Assembly (NCBI GenBank): GCA_964016885.1
Contig: OZ024751.1
Span: 2,542,001-2,606,000 of the forward strand
Reading direction: 5' to 3'
DNA: 64,000 bases
DNA from: Eledone cirrhosa
Lineage: Eukaryota
Part shown: piece by piece, positions 41,001 through 53,680 of the stretch
How the letters are laid out: each line of letters starts with the position of its first letter
How positions within the stretch are numbered: the first letter of the stretch is position 1
Position numbers and translations under genes: made by a program
Notes under the pieces: model-generated
Databases searched by the model: none
Told to the model about the DNA's origin: nothing
Seen by the model: the letters and a program-made list of their open reading frames with translations, nothing else

Positions 41001-42180
41001 CATGTTGAATCTTCTCTGTTGAACTGTCATATTAAACATTCTCTGTTGAGCTGTCATGCTGAACCTTCTCTGTTTAACTGTCATATTGGACCTTCTCTGT
41101 TTAACAGTCATATTGAACTTTCTCTGTTGAACTGTCATGCTGACCCTTCCGTGTTGAACTGTCATGTTGAATCTTCTCTGTTGAACTGTCATGTTGAACA
41201 TTCTCTGTTGAGCTGTCATGCTGAACCTTCTCTGTTTAACTGTCATATTGAACCTTCTCTGTTTAACTGTCATATTGAACTTTCTCTGTTCAACTGTCAT
41301 GCTGAACCTTCCCTGTTGAACTGTCATGTTGAACCTTCTCTGTTGAACTGTCATACTGAACCTTCTATGTTGAACAGTCGTATTGAACCTTCCCTGTTGA
41401 ACTGACATGTTGGACCTTCCCTGTTTAACTGTCATGCTGAACCTTCTCTGTTGAACTGTCATATTGTACTTTCTCAGTTGAACTGTGATGCTAAATCTTC
41501 CCTGTTGAAATGTCATGCTGAACCTTCCCTGTTTAATTGTCATATTGAACTTTCTCTGTTTAACTGTCATGCTGAACCTTCCCTGTTTAACTGTCATATT
41601 GAACCTTCTCTGTTGAACTGTCATGTTGGACCGTCTCTGTTTAACTGTCATATTGAACCTTCTCTGTTTAACTATCATATTGAACTTTCTCTTTTGAACT
41701 GTCATATTGAACCTTCTCTGTTGAACTGTTATGTTGGACCTTCCCTGTTGAACTGTTATGCTGAAGATTCCCTGTTGAACTGTCATGATGAACCTTCCCT
41801 GTTGAACTATCATATTGAACTTTCTTTGTTGAACTGTCATGTTGAACCTACTCTGTTGAACTGTCATGCTGAACCTTCTCTGTTGAACTGTCATGCTGAA
41901 CCTTCCTTGTTGAACTGTCATGTTGAACCTTCTATGTTGAACTATCATATTGAACCTTCTCTTTTGAACTGTCATGTTGGACCTTCTCTGTTGAACTGTC
42001 GTATTGAACCTTCTCTGTTGAACTGTCATGTTGGACGTTCCCTGTTTAACTGTCATATTGAACCTTCTCTGTTTAACTGTCATATTGAACTTTATCTGTT
42101 GAACTTTCATGCTGAAGCTTCCCTGTTAAACTTTCATGCTGAACCTTCCCTGTTTCACTGTCATATTGAACTTTCTCTGT
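38022..42180. repeat. Tandem duplication, 2079-bp period (exactly 77 monomers)
   Basis: ORFs 38721/40800, 39372/41451 and 38316/40395; marker ctttatctg at 40011 and 42090. This pair has more substitutions between copies than the 2872 and 3619 pairs. Confidence 0.92.
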
Positions 42181-43369
42181 TGAACTGTCATGCTGAACCT
42201 TCCCTGATGAACTATCATATTGAACTTTCTCTGTTGAACTGTCATGTTGAACCTACTCTGTTAAACTGTCATGCTGAACCTTCTCTGTTGAACTGTCATG
42301 CTGAACCTTCCCTGTTGAACTGTCATGTTGGACCTTCTCTGTTTAACTGTCATATTGAACTTTCTCTGTTGAACTGTCATGCTGAACCTTCCTTGTTGAA
42401 CTGTCATGTTGAACCTTCTCTGTGGAACTGTCATATTGAACCTTCTCTGTAGAACTGTCATGTTGGACCTTCTCTGTTAAACTGTCATATTGAACCTTCT
42501 CTGTAGAACTGTCATATTGAACCTTCTTTGTTTAACTGTGATGTTGAACTTTCTCTGTTGAACTGTCATACTGAACCTTCTATGTTGAACTGTCATATTG
42601 AACATTCTCTGTTGAGCTGTCATGCTGAACCTTCTCTGTTTAACTGTCATATTGAACGTTCTCTGTTTAACTGTTATATTGAACTTTCTCTGTTGAACTG
42701 TCATGCTGAACCTTCCCTGTTGAACTGTCATGCTGAACCTTCCCTGTTTAACTGTCATATTGCACTTTCTTTGTTCAAATGTCATGCTGAACCTTCCCTG
42801 TTGAACTGTCATGTTGAACCTTCTCTGTTGAACTGTCATACTGAACCTTCTCTGTTGAACTGCCATGTTGGGCCTTCCCTGTTTAACTCTCATATTGAAC
42901 CATCCCTGTTGAACTGTCATATTGAACTTTCCCTGTTGAACTGTCATGCTCAACCTTCCCTGTTGAACTGTCATATTGAACCTTCTCTGTTGAACTGTCA
43001 TGTTGGACGTTCCCTGTTTAACTGTCATATTGAACTTTATCTGTTGAACTGTCATGCTGAAGCTTCCCTGTTGAACTTTCATGCTGAACCTTCCCTGTTT
43101 AACTGTCATATTGAACTTTCTCTGTTGAACTGTCATGTTGGACCTACTCTGTTATACTGTCATGCTGAACCTTCTCTGTTGAACTGTCATGCTGAACCTT
43201 CCCTGTTGAACTGTCATGTTGGACCTTCTCTGTTTAACTGTCATATTGAACTTTCTCTGTTCAACTGTCATGCTGAACCTTCCCTGTTGAACTGTCATGT
43301 TGGACCTACCCTGTTTAACTCTCATATTGAACCATCCCTGTTGAACTGTCATATTGAACTTTCCCTGTT

Positions 43370-46300
43370 GAACTGTCATGCTGAACCTTCCCTGTTTAAC
43401 TGTCATGCTGAACATTCTCTGTTGAACTGTCATGCTGAACCTTCCCTGTTGAACTGTCATATTGAACTTTCTCTGTTGAACTGTCATGCTGAACCTTCCC
43501 TGTTGAACTATCATATTGAACGTTCTCTGTTGAACTGTTATGTTGAACCTACTCTGTTGAACTGTCATGCTGAACCTTCTCTGTTGAACTGTCATGCTGA
43601 ACCTTCCCTGTTGAACTGTCATGTTGAACCTTCTCTGTTTAACTGTCATATTGAACCTTCTCTGTAGAACTGTCATATTGAACACTTCTTTGTTTAACTG
43701 TGATATTGAACTTTCTCTGTTGAACTGTCATACTGAACCTTCTCTGTTGAACTGTCATATTCAACATTCTCTGTTGAACTGTCAAATTGAACTTTCTCTG
43801 TTGAACTGTGATGCTGAATCTTCCCTGTTTAACTGTCATGCTGAACCTTCTCTGTTGAACTGTCATATTGAACTTTCTCTGTGGAACTGTCATGTTGAAC
43901 CTTCCCTGTTGAACTGTCATATTGAACCTTCTCTGTTGAACTGTCATGCTGAACCTTCACTGTTGAACTATCATATTGAACCTTCTCTGTTGAATTGTCA
44001 TGTTGGACCGTCTCTGTTTAACTGTCATATTGAACCTTCTCTGTTTAACTGTAATGTTGGACCTTCCCTGTTTAACTGTCATATTGAACCTTCTCTGTTT
44101 AACTGTCATATTTAACTTTCTCTGTTGAACTGTCATGCTGAACCTCCCCTGTTGAACTGTCATGCTGAACCATCCCTGTTTAACTGTCATATTGAACTTT
44201 CTCTGTTCAACTGTCATGCTGAACCTTCCCTGTTGAACTGTCATGTTGAACCTTCTCTGTTGAACTATCATACTGAACATTCTATGTTGAACAGTCGTAT
44301 TGAACCTTCTCTGTTGAACTGTCATGTTGGACCTTTCCTGTTTAACTCTCATATTGAACCATCCCTGTTGAGCTGTCATGCTGAACCTTCCCTGTTGAAC
44401 TGTCATGCTGAACCTTCCCTGTTGAACTGTCATGTTGAATCTTCTCTGTTGAACTGTCATATTGAACCTTCTTTGTTGAACTGTCATGTTGGACCTTCCC
44501 TGTTTAACTGTCATATTGAACCTTCACTGTTTAACTGTCATATTGAACTTTCTCTGTTGAACTGTCATGCTGAAGCTTCCCTGTTGAACTGTCATGCTGA
44601 ACCTTCCCTGTTTAACTGTCATATTGAACTTTCTCTGTTGAACTGTCATGCTGAACCTTCCCTGTTGAACTATCATATTGAACGTTCTCTGTTGAACTGT
44701 TATGTTGAACCTACTCTGTTGAAATGTCATGCTGAATCTTCTCTGTTGAACTGTCATGTTGCACCTTCTCTGTTGAACTGTCATATTGAACTTTCTCAGT
44801 TGAACTGTCATGCTGAACCTTCTCTGTTGAACTGTCATATTGAACCTTCCCTGTTGGACTGTCATGTTGAACTTTCTCTGTTGAACTGTCATGCTGAACC
44901 TTCCCTATTGAACTGTCATGTTTAATCTTCTCTGTTGAACTGTCATATTGAACCTTCTCTGTTGAACTGTCATGTTGGACCTTCCCTGTTTAACTGTCAT
45001 ATTGAACCTTCTCTGTTTAACTGTCATATTGAACTTTCTCTGTTCAACAGTCATGCTGAACCTTCCCTGTTGAACTGTCATGTTGAACCTTCTCTGTTGA
45101 ACTGTCATACTGAATCTTCTCTGTTGAACTGTCATATTGAACATTCTCTGTTGAACTGTCCTGCTGAACCTTCCCTGTTGAACTGTCATGTTGGACCTTC
45201 TCTGTTTAACTGTCATGTTGGACCGTCTCTGTTGAACCGTCATATTGAACCTTCTCTGTTTAACTATCATATTGAACTTTCTCTGTTGAACTGTCATGCT
45301 GAACCTTCCCTATTGAACTGTCATGTTGAATCTTCTCTGTTTAACTGTCATATTGAACCTTCTCTGTTGAACTGTCATGTTGGACCTTCCCTGTTTAACT
45401 GTCATATTGAACCTTCTCTGTTTAACTGTCATATTGAACTTTCTCTGTTCAACTGTCATGCTGAACCTTCCCTGTTTAACTGTCATGCTGAACATTCTCT
45501 GTTCAACTGTCATGCTGAACCTTCCCTGTTGAACTGTCATATTGAACTTTCTCTGTTGAACTGTCATGCTGAACCTTCCCTGTTGAACTATCATATTGAA
45601 CTTTCTCTGTTGAACTGTCATGTTGAACCTACTCTGTTGAACTGTCATGCTGAACCTTCTCTGTTGAACTGTCATGCTGAACTTTCCCTGTTGAACTGTC
45701 ATGTTGGACCTTCTCTGTTTAACTGTCATATTGAACCTTCTCTGTAGAACTGTCATATTGAACACTTCTTTGTTTAACTGTGATATTGAACTTTCTCTGT
45801 TGAACTGTCATACTGAACCTTCTCTGTTGAACTGTCTTATTCAACATTCTCTGTTGAGCTGTCATGCTGAACCTTTTCTGTTTAACTGTCATATTGAACC
45901 TTCTCTGTTGAACTGTCAAATTGAACTTTCACTGTTGAACTGTGATGCTGAATCTTCCCTGTTTAACTGTCATGCTGAACCTTTTCTGTTGAACTGTCAT
46001 ATTGAACTTTCTCTGTGGAACTGTCATGTTGAACCTTCCCTGTTGAACTGTCATATTGAACCTTCTCTGTTGAACTGTCATGCTGAACCTTCACTGTTGA
46101 ACTATCATATTGAACCTTCTCTGTTGAACTGTCATGTTGGACCGTCTCTGTTTAAATGTCATATTGAACCTTCTTGTTTAACTATCATATTGAACTTTCT
46201 CTGTTGAACTGACATGCTGAACCTTCCCTGTTGAACTATCATATTGAACCTTCTCAGTTGAACTGTCATGTTGGACCTTCCCTGTTTAACTGTCATATTG

Positions 46301-46620
46301 AACCTTCTCTGTTTAACTGTCATATTTAACTTTCTCTGTTGAACTGTCATGCTGAACCTCCCCTGTTGAACTGTCATGCTGAACCATCCCTGTTTAACTG
46401 TCATATTGAACTTTCTCTGTTCAACTGTCATGCTGAACCTTCCCTGTTGAACTGTCATGTTGAACCTTCTCTGTTGAACTATCATACTGAACATTCTCTG
46501 TTGAACAGTCGTATTGAACCTTCTCTGTTGAACTGTCATGTTGGACCTTTCCTGTTTAACTCTCATATTGAACCATCCCTGTTGAACTGTCATGCTGAAC
46601 CTTCCCTGTTGAACTGTCAT
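43370..46620. repeat. Partial, diverged duplication with offset about 2080-2214 bp
   Basis: The +1 insertion marker aacacttctt lies at 43681 and 45761; ORFs 43621/45701 are offset by 2080 and 44125/46339 by 2214. Confidence 0.8.
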
Positions 46621-49600
46621 GCTGAACCTTCCCTGTTTAACTGTCATGATGAACCTTCTCTGTTGAACTGTCATATTGAACTTTCTCTGTTGACATGTGA
46701 TGCTGAATCTTCCCTGTTGAACTGTCATGCTGAACCTTCCCTGTTTAATTGTCATATTGAACTTTCTCTGTTGAACTGTCATGCTGAACCTTCCCTGTTG
46801 AACTGTCATATTGAACTTTCTCTGTTGAACTGTCATGCTGAACCTTCCTTGTTGAACTGTCATGTTGAACCTTCTCTGTTGAACTGTCATATTGAACCTT
46901 CTCTTTTGAACTGTCATATTGGACCTTCTCTGTTGAACTGTCATATTGAACCTTCTCTGTTGAACTGTCATACTGAACCTTCTATGTTGAACTGTCATAT
47001 TGAACATTCTCTGTTGAGCTCTCATGCTGAACCTTCCCTGTTGAACTGTCATATTGAACCTTCTCTGTTGAACTGTCATGCTGAACCTTCACTGTTGAAC
47101 TATCATATTGAACCTTCTCTGTTGAACTGTCATGTTGGACCGTCTCTGTTTAAATGTCATATTGAACCTTCTTGTTTAACTATCATATTGAACTTTCTCT
47201 GTTGAACTGTCATGCTGAACCTTCCCTGTTGAACTGTCATGCTGAACCTTCCCTGTTTAACTGTCATATTGCACTTTCTCTGTTCAAATGTCATGCTGAA
47301 CCTTCCCTGTTGAACTGTCATGCTGAACCTTCCCTGTTTAACTGTCATATTGCACTTTCTCTGTTGAACTGTCATGCTGAACCTTCCCTATTGAACTGTC
47401 ATATTGAACCTTCTCTGTAGAACTGTCATACTGAACCTTCTATGTTGAACTGTCATATTGAACATTCTCTGTTGAGCTCTCATGCTGAACCTTCTCCGTT
47501 GAACAGTCCTGTTGAACCTTCCCTGTTGAACTCCCATGTTGGACCTTCCCTGTTTAACTCTTATATTGAACCATCCCCGTTGAACTGTCATATTGAACTT
47601 TCCCTGTTGAACTGTCATGCTGAACCTTCCCTGTTGAACTGTCATACTGAACCTTCCCTGTTTAACTGTCATGCTGAACCTTCTCTGTTGAACTGTCATA
47701 TTGAACTCTCTCTGTTGAACTGTGATGCTGAATCTTCCCTGTTGAACTGTCATGCTGACCCTTCCCTGTTTAATTGTCATATTGAACTTTCTCTGTTGAA
47801 CTGGCATGCTGAAACTTCCCTGTTGAACTGTCATATTGAACCTTCTCTGTTGAACTGTCATGCTGAACCTTCCCTGTTGAACTATCATATTGAACTTTCT
47901 CTGTTGAACTGTCATGTTGGACCGTCTCTGTTTAACTGTCATATTTAACCTTCTCTGTTTAACTATCATATTGAACATTCTCTGTTGAACTGTCCTGCTG
48001 AACCTTCCCTGTTGAACTGTCATGTTGAATCTTCTCTGTTGAACTGTCATATTGAACCTTCTTTGTTGAACTGTCATGTTGGACCTTCTCTGTTTAACTG
48101 TCATATTGAACTTTCTCTGTTGAACTGTCATGCTGAAGCTTCCCTGTTGAACTGTCATGTTGAACCTTCCCTGTTTAACTGTCATATTGAACTTTCTCTG
48201 TTGAACTGTCATGCTGAACCTTCCCTGTTGAACTATCATATTGAACTTTCTCTGTTGAACTGTCATGATGAACCTACTCTGTTGAAATGTCATGCTGAAC
48301 CTTCCCTGTTGAACTGACATGTTGCACCTTCTCTGTTGAACTGTCATATTGAACTTTCTCTGTTGAACTGTCATTTTGAACCTTCTCTGTTGAACTGTCA
48401 TATTGAACCTTCCCTGTTGGACTGTCATGTTGAACTTTCTCTGTTTAACTGTCATATTGGAAATTCTCTCTTGAACTGTCATGCCGAACCATCCTTGTTG
48501 AACTGTCATGTTGAACCTTCTCTGTTGAACTGTCATATTGAACCTTCATTTTGGAACTGTCATGTTCGACCTTCTCTGTAGAACTGTCATATTGAACCCT
48601 TTCTGTTTAACTGTCATATTGAACTTTCTCTGTTGAACTGTCATACTGAACCTTCTCTGTTGAACTGTCTTATTGAACCTTCCCTGTTGAGCTGTCATGT
48701 TGGACCTTCCCTGTTGAACTGTCATGTTGCACATTCTCAGTTGAACTGTCATATTGAACTTTCTCTGTTGAACTGTCATGCTGAATCGTCCCTGTTGAAC
48801 TGTCTTGCTGAACCTTCCCTGTTGAACTGTCATGTTGAACCTTCTCTGTTGAACTGTCATACTGAACCTTCTCTGTTGAACTGTCGTATTGAACCCTCTC
48901 TGTTGAACTGTCATTTTGGACATTCCCTGTTTAACTCTCATATTGAACTTTCCCTGTTGAACTGTCATGCTGAACCGTCCCTGTTGAACTGTCATGTTGG
49001 ACCTTCTCTGTTAAACTGTCATATTGAACTTTCTCTGTTGAACTGTCATGCTGAACCTTCCCTATTGAACTGTCATGTTGAATCTTCTCTGTTGAACTGT
49101 CATATTGAACCTTCTCTGTTGAACTGTCCTGTTGGACATTCTCTGTTGAACTGTCATATTGAACCATCTCTGTTTAACTGTCATATTGAACTTTCTCTGT
49201 TGAACTGTCATGCTGAACCTTCCCTATTGAACTGTCATGTTGAATCGTCTCTGTTGAACTGTCATATTGAACCTTCTCTGTTGAACTGTCATGTTGGACC
49301 TTCTCTGTTTAACTGTCATATTGAACTTTCTCTGTTGAACTGTCATGCTGAACCTTCCCTATTTAACTGTCATGTTGAATCTTCTCTGTTGAACTGTCAT
49401 ATTGAACCTTCTCTGTTGAACTGTCATGCTGAACCTTCCCTGTTGAACTATCATATTGAACTTTCTCTGTTGAACTGTCATGATGAACCAACTCTGTTGA
49501 AATGTCATGCTGAACCTTCCCTGTTGAACTGTCATGTTGCACCTTCTCTGTTGAACTGTCATTTTGAACCTTCTCTGTTTAACTGTCAAGCTGAACCTTC

Positions 49601-50099
49601 TCTGTTGAACAGTCATATTGAACTTTCTCTGTTTAACTGTCATATTGAACTCTCTCTGTTGAACTATCATGCTGAACCTTCCCTGTTGAACTGTCATATT
49701 GAACCTTCTCTGTTGAACTGTCATGCTGAACCTTCCTTGTTGAACTATCATATTGAACCTTCTCTGTTGAACTGCCATGTTGGACCTTCTCTGTTTAACT
49801 GTCATATTGAACCTTCTCTGTTTGACTTTCATATTGAACCTTCTCTGTTGAACTGTAATATTGAACCTTCTCTGTTTAACTGTCATATTGAACTTTCTCT
49901 GTTGAACTCTCATGCTGAACCTTCCTTGTTGAACTGTCATTTTGAACCCTCTCTGTTGAACTGTCATGCTGAACCTTCCCTCTTTAACTGTCATGCTGAA
50001 CCTTCTATGTTGAACTGTCATGCTGAACCTTCCCTGTTGAACTGTCATGTTGGACCTTCTCTGTTTAACTGTCATATTGAACTGTGTCTGTTGAACTGT

Positions 50100-53000
50100 C
50101 ATGCTGAACCTTCCCTATTAAACTGTCATGTTGAATCTTCTCTGTTGAACTGTCATATTGAACCTTCTCTGTTGAACTGTCCTGTTGGACATTCTCTGTT
50201 GAACTGTCATATTGAACCTTCTCTGTAGAACTGTCATATTGAACGTATTTGCTTAACTGTGATATTGAACTTTCTCTGTTGAACTGTCATACTGAACCTT
50301 CTCTGTTGAACTGTCATATTGAACATTCTCGGTTGAACTGTCATGTGTGAACCTTCCCTATTGAACTGTCATGTTGGACCTTCTCTGTTTAACTGTCATG
50401 TTGGACCGTCTCTGTTGAACTGTCATATTGAACCTTCTCTGTTTAACTATCATATTGAACTTTCTCTGTTCAACTGTCATGCTGAACCTTCCCTGTTGAA
50501 CTGTCATGTTGGACCGTCTCTGTTGAACTGTCATATTGAACCTTCTCTGTTTAACTATCATATTGAACATTCTCTGTTGAACTGTCATGCTGAACCTTCC
50601 CTATTGAACTGTCATGTTGAATCTTCTCTGTTTAACTGTCATATTGAACATTCTCTGTTCAACTGTCATGCTGAACCTTTCCTGTTGAACTGTCATGTTG
50701 GACCTTCCCTGTTGAACTGTCATGCTGAACCTTCCCTGTTGAACTGTCATGCTGAACCTTCCCTGTTTAACTGTCATGCTGAACCTTCTCTGTTGAACTG
50801 TCATATTGAAATTTCTCTGTTGACATGTGATGCTGAATCTTCCCTGTTTAACTGTCATGCTGAACCTTCCCTGTTTAATTGTCATATCTAACTTTCTCTG
50901 TTGAACTGTCATGCTGAACCTTCCCTCTTGAACTATCATATTGAACCTTCTCTATTGAACTGTCATATTGAACCTTCATTTTGGAACTGTCATGTTCGAC
51001 CTTCTCTGTAGAACTGTCATATTGAACCTTTTCTGTTTAACTGTCATATTGAACCTTCTCTGTTGAACTGTCATACTGAACCTTCTCTGTTGAACTGTCT
51101 TATTGAACCTTCCCTGTTGAGCTGTCATGTTGGACCTTCCCTGTTGAACTGTCATGTTGCACATTCTCTGTTGAACTGTCATATTGAACTTTCTCTGTTG
51201 AACTGTCATGCTGAATCGTCCCTGTTGAACTGTCTTGCTGAACCTTCCCTGTTGAACTGTCATCTTGAACCTTCTCTGTTGAACTGTCATACTGAACCTT
51301 CTCTGTTGAACTGTCGTATTGAACCCTCTCTGTTGAACTGTCATGTTGGACATTCCCTGTTTAACTCTCATATTGAACCTTCCCTGATTAACTGTCATAT
51401 TGAACTTTCCCTGTTGAACTGTCATGCTGAACCGACCCTGTTGAACTGTCATGTTGAACCTTCTCTGTTTAACTGTCAAGCTGAACCTTCTCTGTTGAAC
51501 TGTCATATTGAACTTTCTCTGTTTAACTGTCATATTGAACTTTCTCTGTTGAACTATCATGCTGAACCTTCCCTGTTGAACTGTCATATTGAACCTTCTC
51601 TGTTGAACTGTCATGCTGAACCTTCCTTGTTGAACTATCATATTGAACCTTCTCTGTTGAACTGCCATGTTGGACCTTCTCTGTTTAACTGTCATATTGA
51701 ACCTTCTCTGTTTGACTTTCATATTGAACCTTCTCTGTTGAACTGTAATATTGAACCTTCTCTGTTTAACTGTCATATTGAACTTTCTCTGTTTAATTGT
51801 CATATTGAACTTTCTCTGTTGAACTCTCATGCTGAACCTTCCTTGTTGAACTGTCATCTTGAACCTTCTCTGTTGAACTGTCATGCTGAACCTTCCCTAT
51901 TAAACTGTCATGTTGAATCTTCTCTGTTGAACTGTCATATTGAACCTTCTCTGTTGAACTGTCCTGTTGGACATTCTCTGTTGAACTGTCATATTGAACC
52001 TTCTCTGTAGAACTGTCATATTGAACGTATTTGCTTAACTGTGATATTGAACTTTCTCTGTTGAACTGTCATACTGAACCTTCTCTGTTGAACTGTCATA
52101 TTGAACATTCTCGGTTGAACTGTCATGTGTGAACCTTCCCTATTGAACTGTCATGTTGGACCTTCTCTGTTTAACTGTCATGTTGGACCGTCTCTGTTGA
52201 ACTGTCATATTGAACCTTCTCTGTTTAACTATCATATTGAACTTTCTCTGTTCAACTGTCATGCTGAACCTTCCCTGTTGAACTGTCATGTTGGACCGTC
52301 TCTGTTGAACTGTCATATTGAACCTTCTCTGTTTAACTATCATATTGAACATTCTCTGTTGAACTGTCATGCTGAACCTTCCCTATTGAACTGTCATGTT
52401 GAATCTTCTCTGTTTAACTGTCATATTGAACATTCTCTGTTCAACTGTCATGCTGAACCTTTCCTGTTGAACTGTCATGTTGGACCTTCCCTGTTGAACT
52501 GTCATGCTGAACCTTCCCTGTTGAACTGTCATGCTGAACCTTCCCTGTTTAACTGTCATGCTGAACCTTCTCTGTTGAACTGTCATATTGAAATTTCTCT
52601 GTTGACATGTGATGCTGAATCTTCCCTGTTTAACTGTCATGCTGAACCTTCCCTGTTTAATTGTCATATCTAACTTTCTCTGTTGAACTGTCATGCTGAA
52701 CCTTCCCTCTTGAACTATCATATTGAACCTTCTCTATTGAACTGTCATATTGAACCTTCATTTTGGAACTGTCATGTTCGACCTTCTCTGTAGAACTGTC
52801 ATATTGAACCTTTTCTGTTTAACTGTCATATTGAACCTTCTCTGTTGAACTGTCATACTGAACCTTCTCTGTTGAACTGTCTTATTGAACCTTCCCTGTT
52901 GAGCTGTCATGTTGGACCTTCCCTGTTGAACTGTCATGTTGCACATTCTCTGTTGAACTGTCATATTGAACTTTCTCTGTTGAACTGTCATGCTGAATCG

Positions 53001-53680
53001 TCCCTGTTGAACTGTCTTGCTGAACCTTCCCTGTTGAACTGTCATCTTGAACCTTCTCTGTTGAACTGTCATACTGAACCTTCTCTGTTGAACTGTCGTA
53101 TTGAACCCTCTCTGTTGAACTGTCATGTTGGACATTCCCTGTTTAACTCTCATATTGAACCTTCCCTGATTAACTGTCATATTGAACTTTCCCTGTTGAA
53201 CTGTCATGCTGAACCGACCCTGTTGAACTGTCATGTTGAACCTTCTCTGTTTAACTGTCAAGCTGAACCTTCTCTGTTGAACTGTCATATTGAACTTTCT
53301 CTGTTTAACTGTCATATTGAACTTTCTCTGTTGAACTATCATGCTGAACCTTCCCTGTTGAACTGTCATATTGAACCTTCTCTGTTGAACTGTCATGCTG
53401 AACCTTCCTTGTTGAACTATCATATTGAACCTTCTCTGTTGAACTGCCATGTTGGACCTTCTCTGTTTAACTGTCATATTGAACCTTCTCTGTTTGACTT
53501 TCATATTGAACCTTCTCTGTTGAACTGTAATATTGAACCTTCTCTGTTTAACTGTCATATTGAACTTTCTCTGTTTAATTGTCATATTGAACTTTCTCTG
53601 TTGAACTCTCATGCTGAACCTTCCTTGTTGAACTGTCATCTTGAACCTTCTCTGTTGAACTGTCATGCTGAACCTTCCCT
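50100..53680. repeat. Tandem duplication, 1782-bp period (66 monomers)
   Basis: ORFs 50343/52125, 50601/52383, 50976/52758 and 51063/52845 are all offset by 1782; both copies carry gaacgtatttgc and cattctcggttg. Confidence 0.93.
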
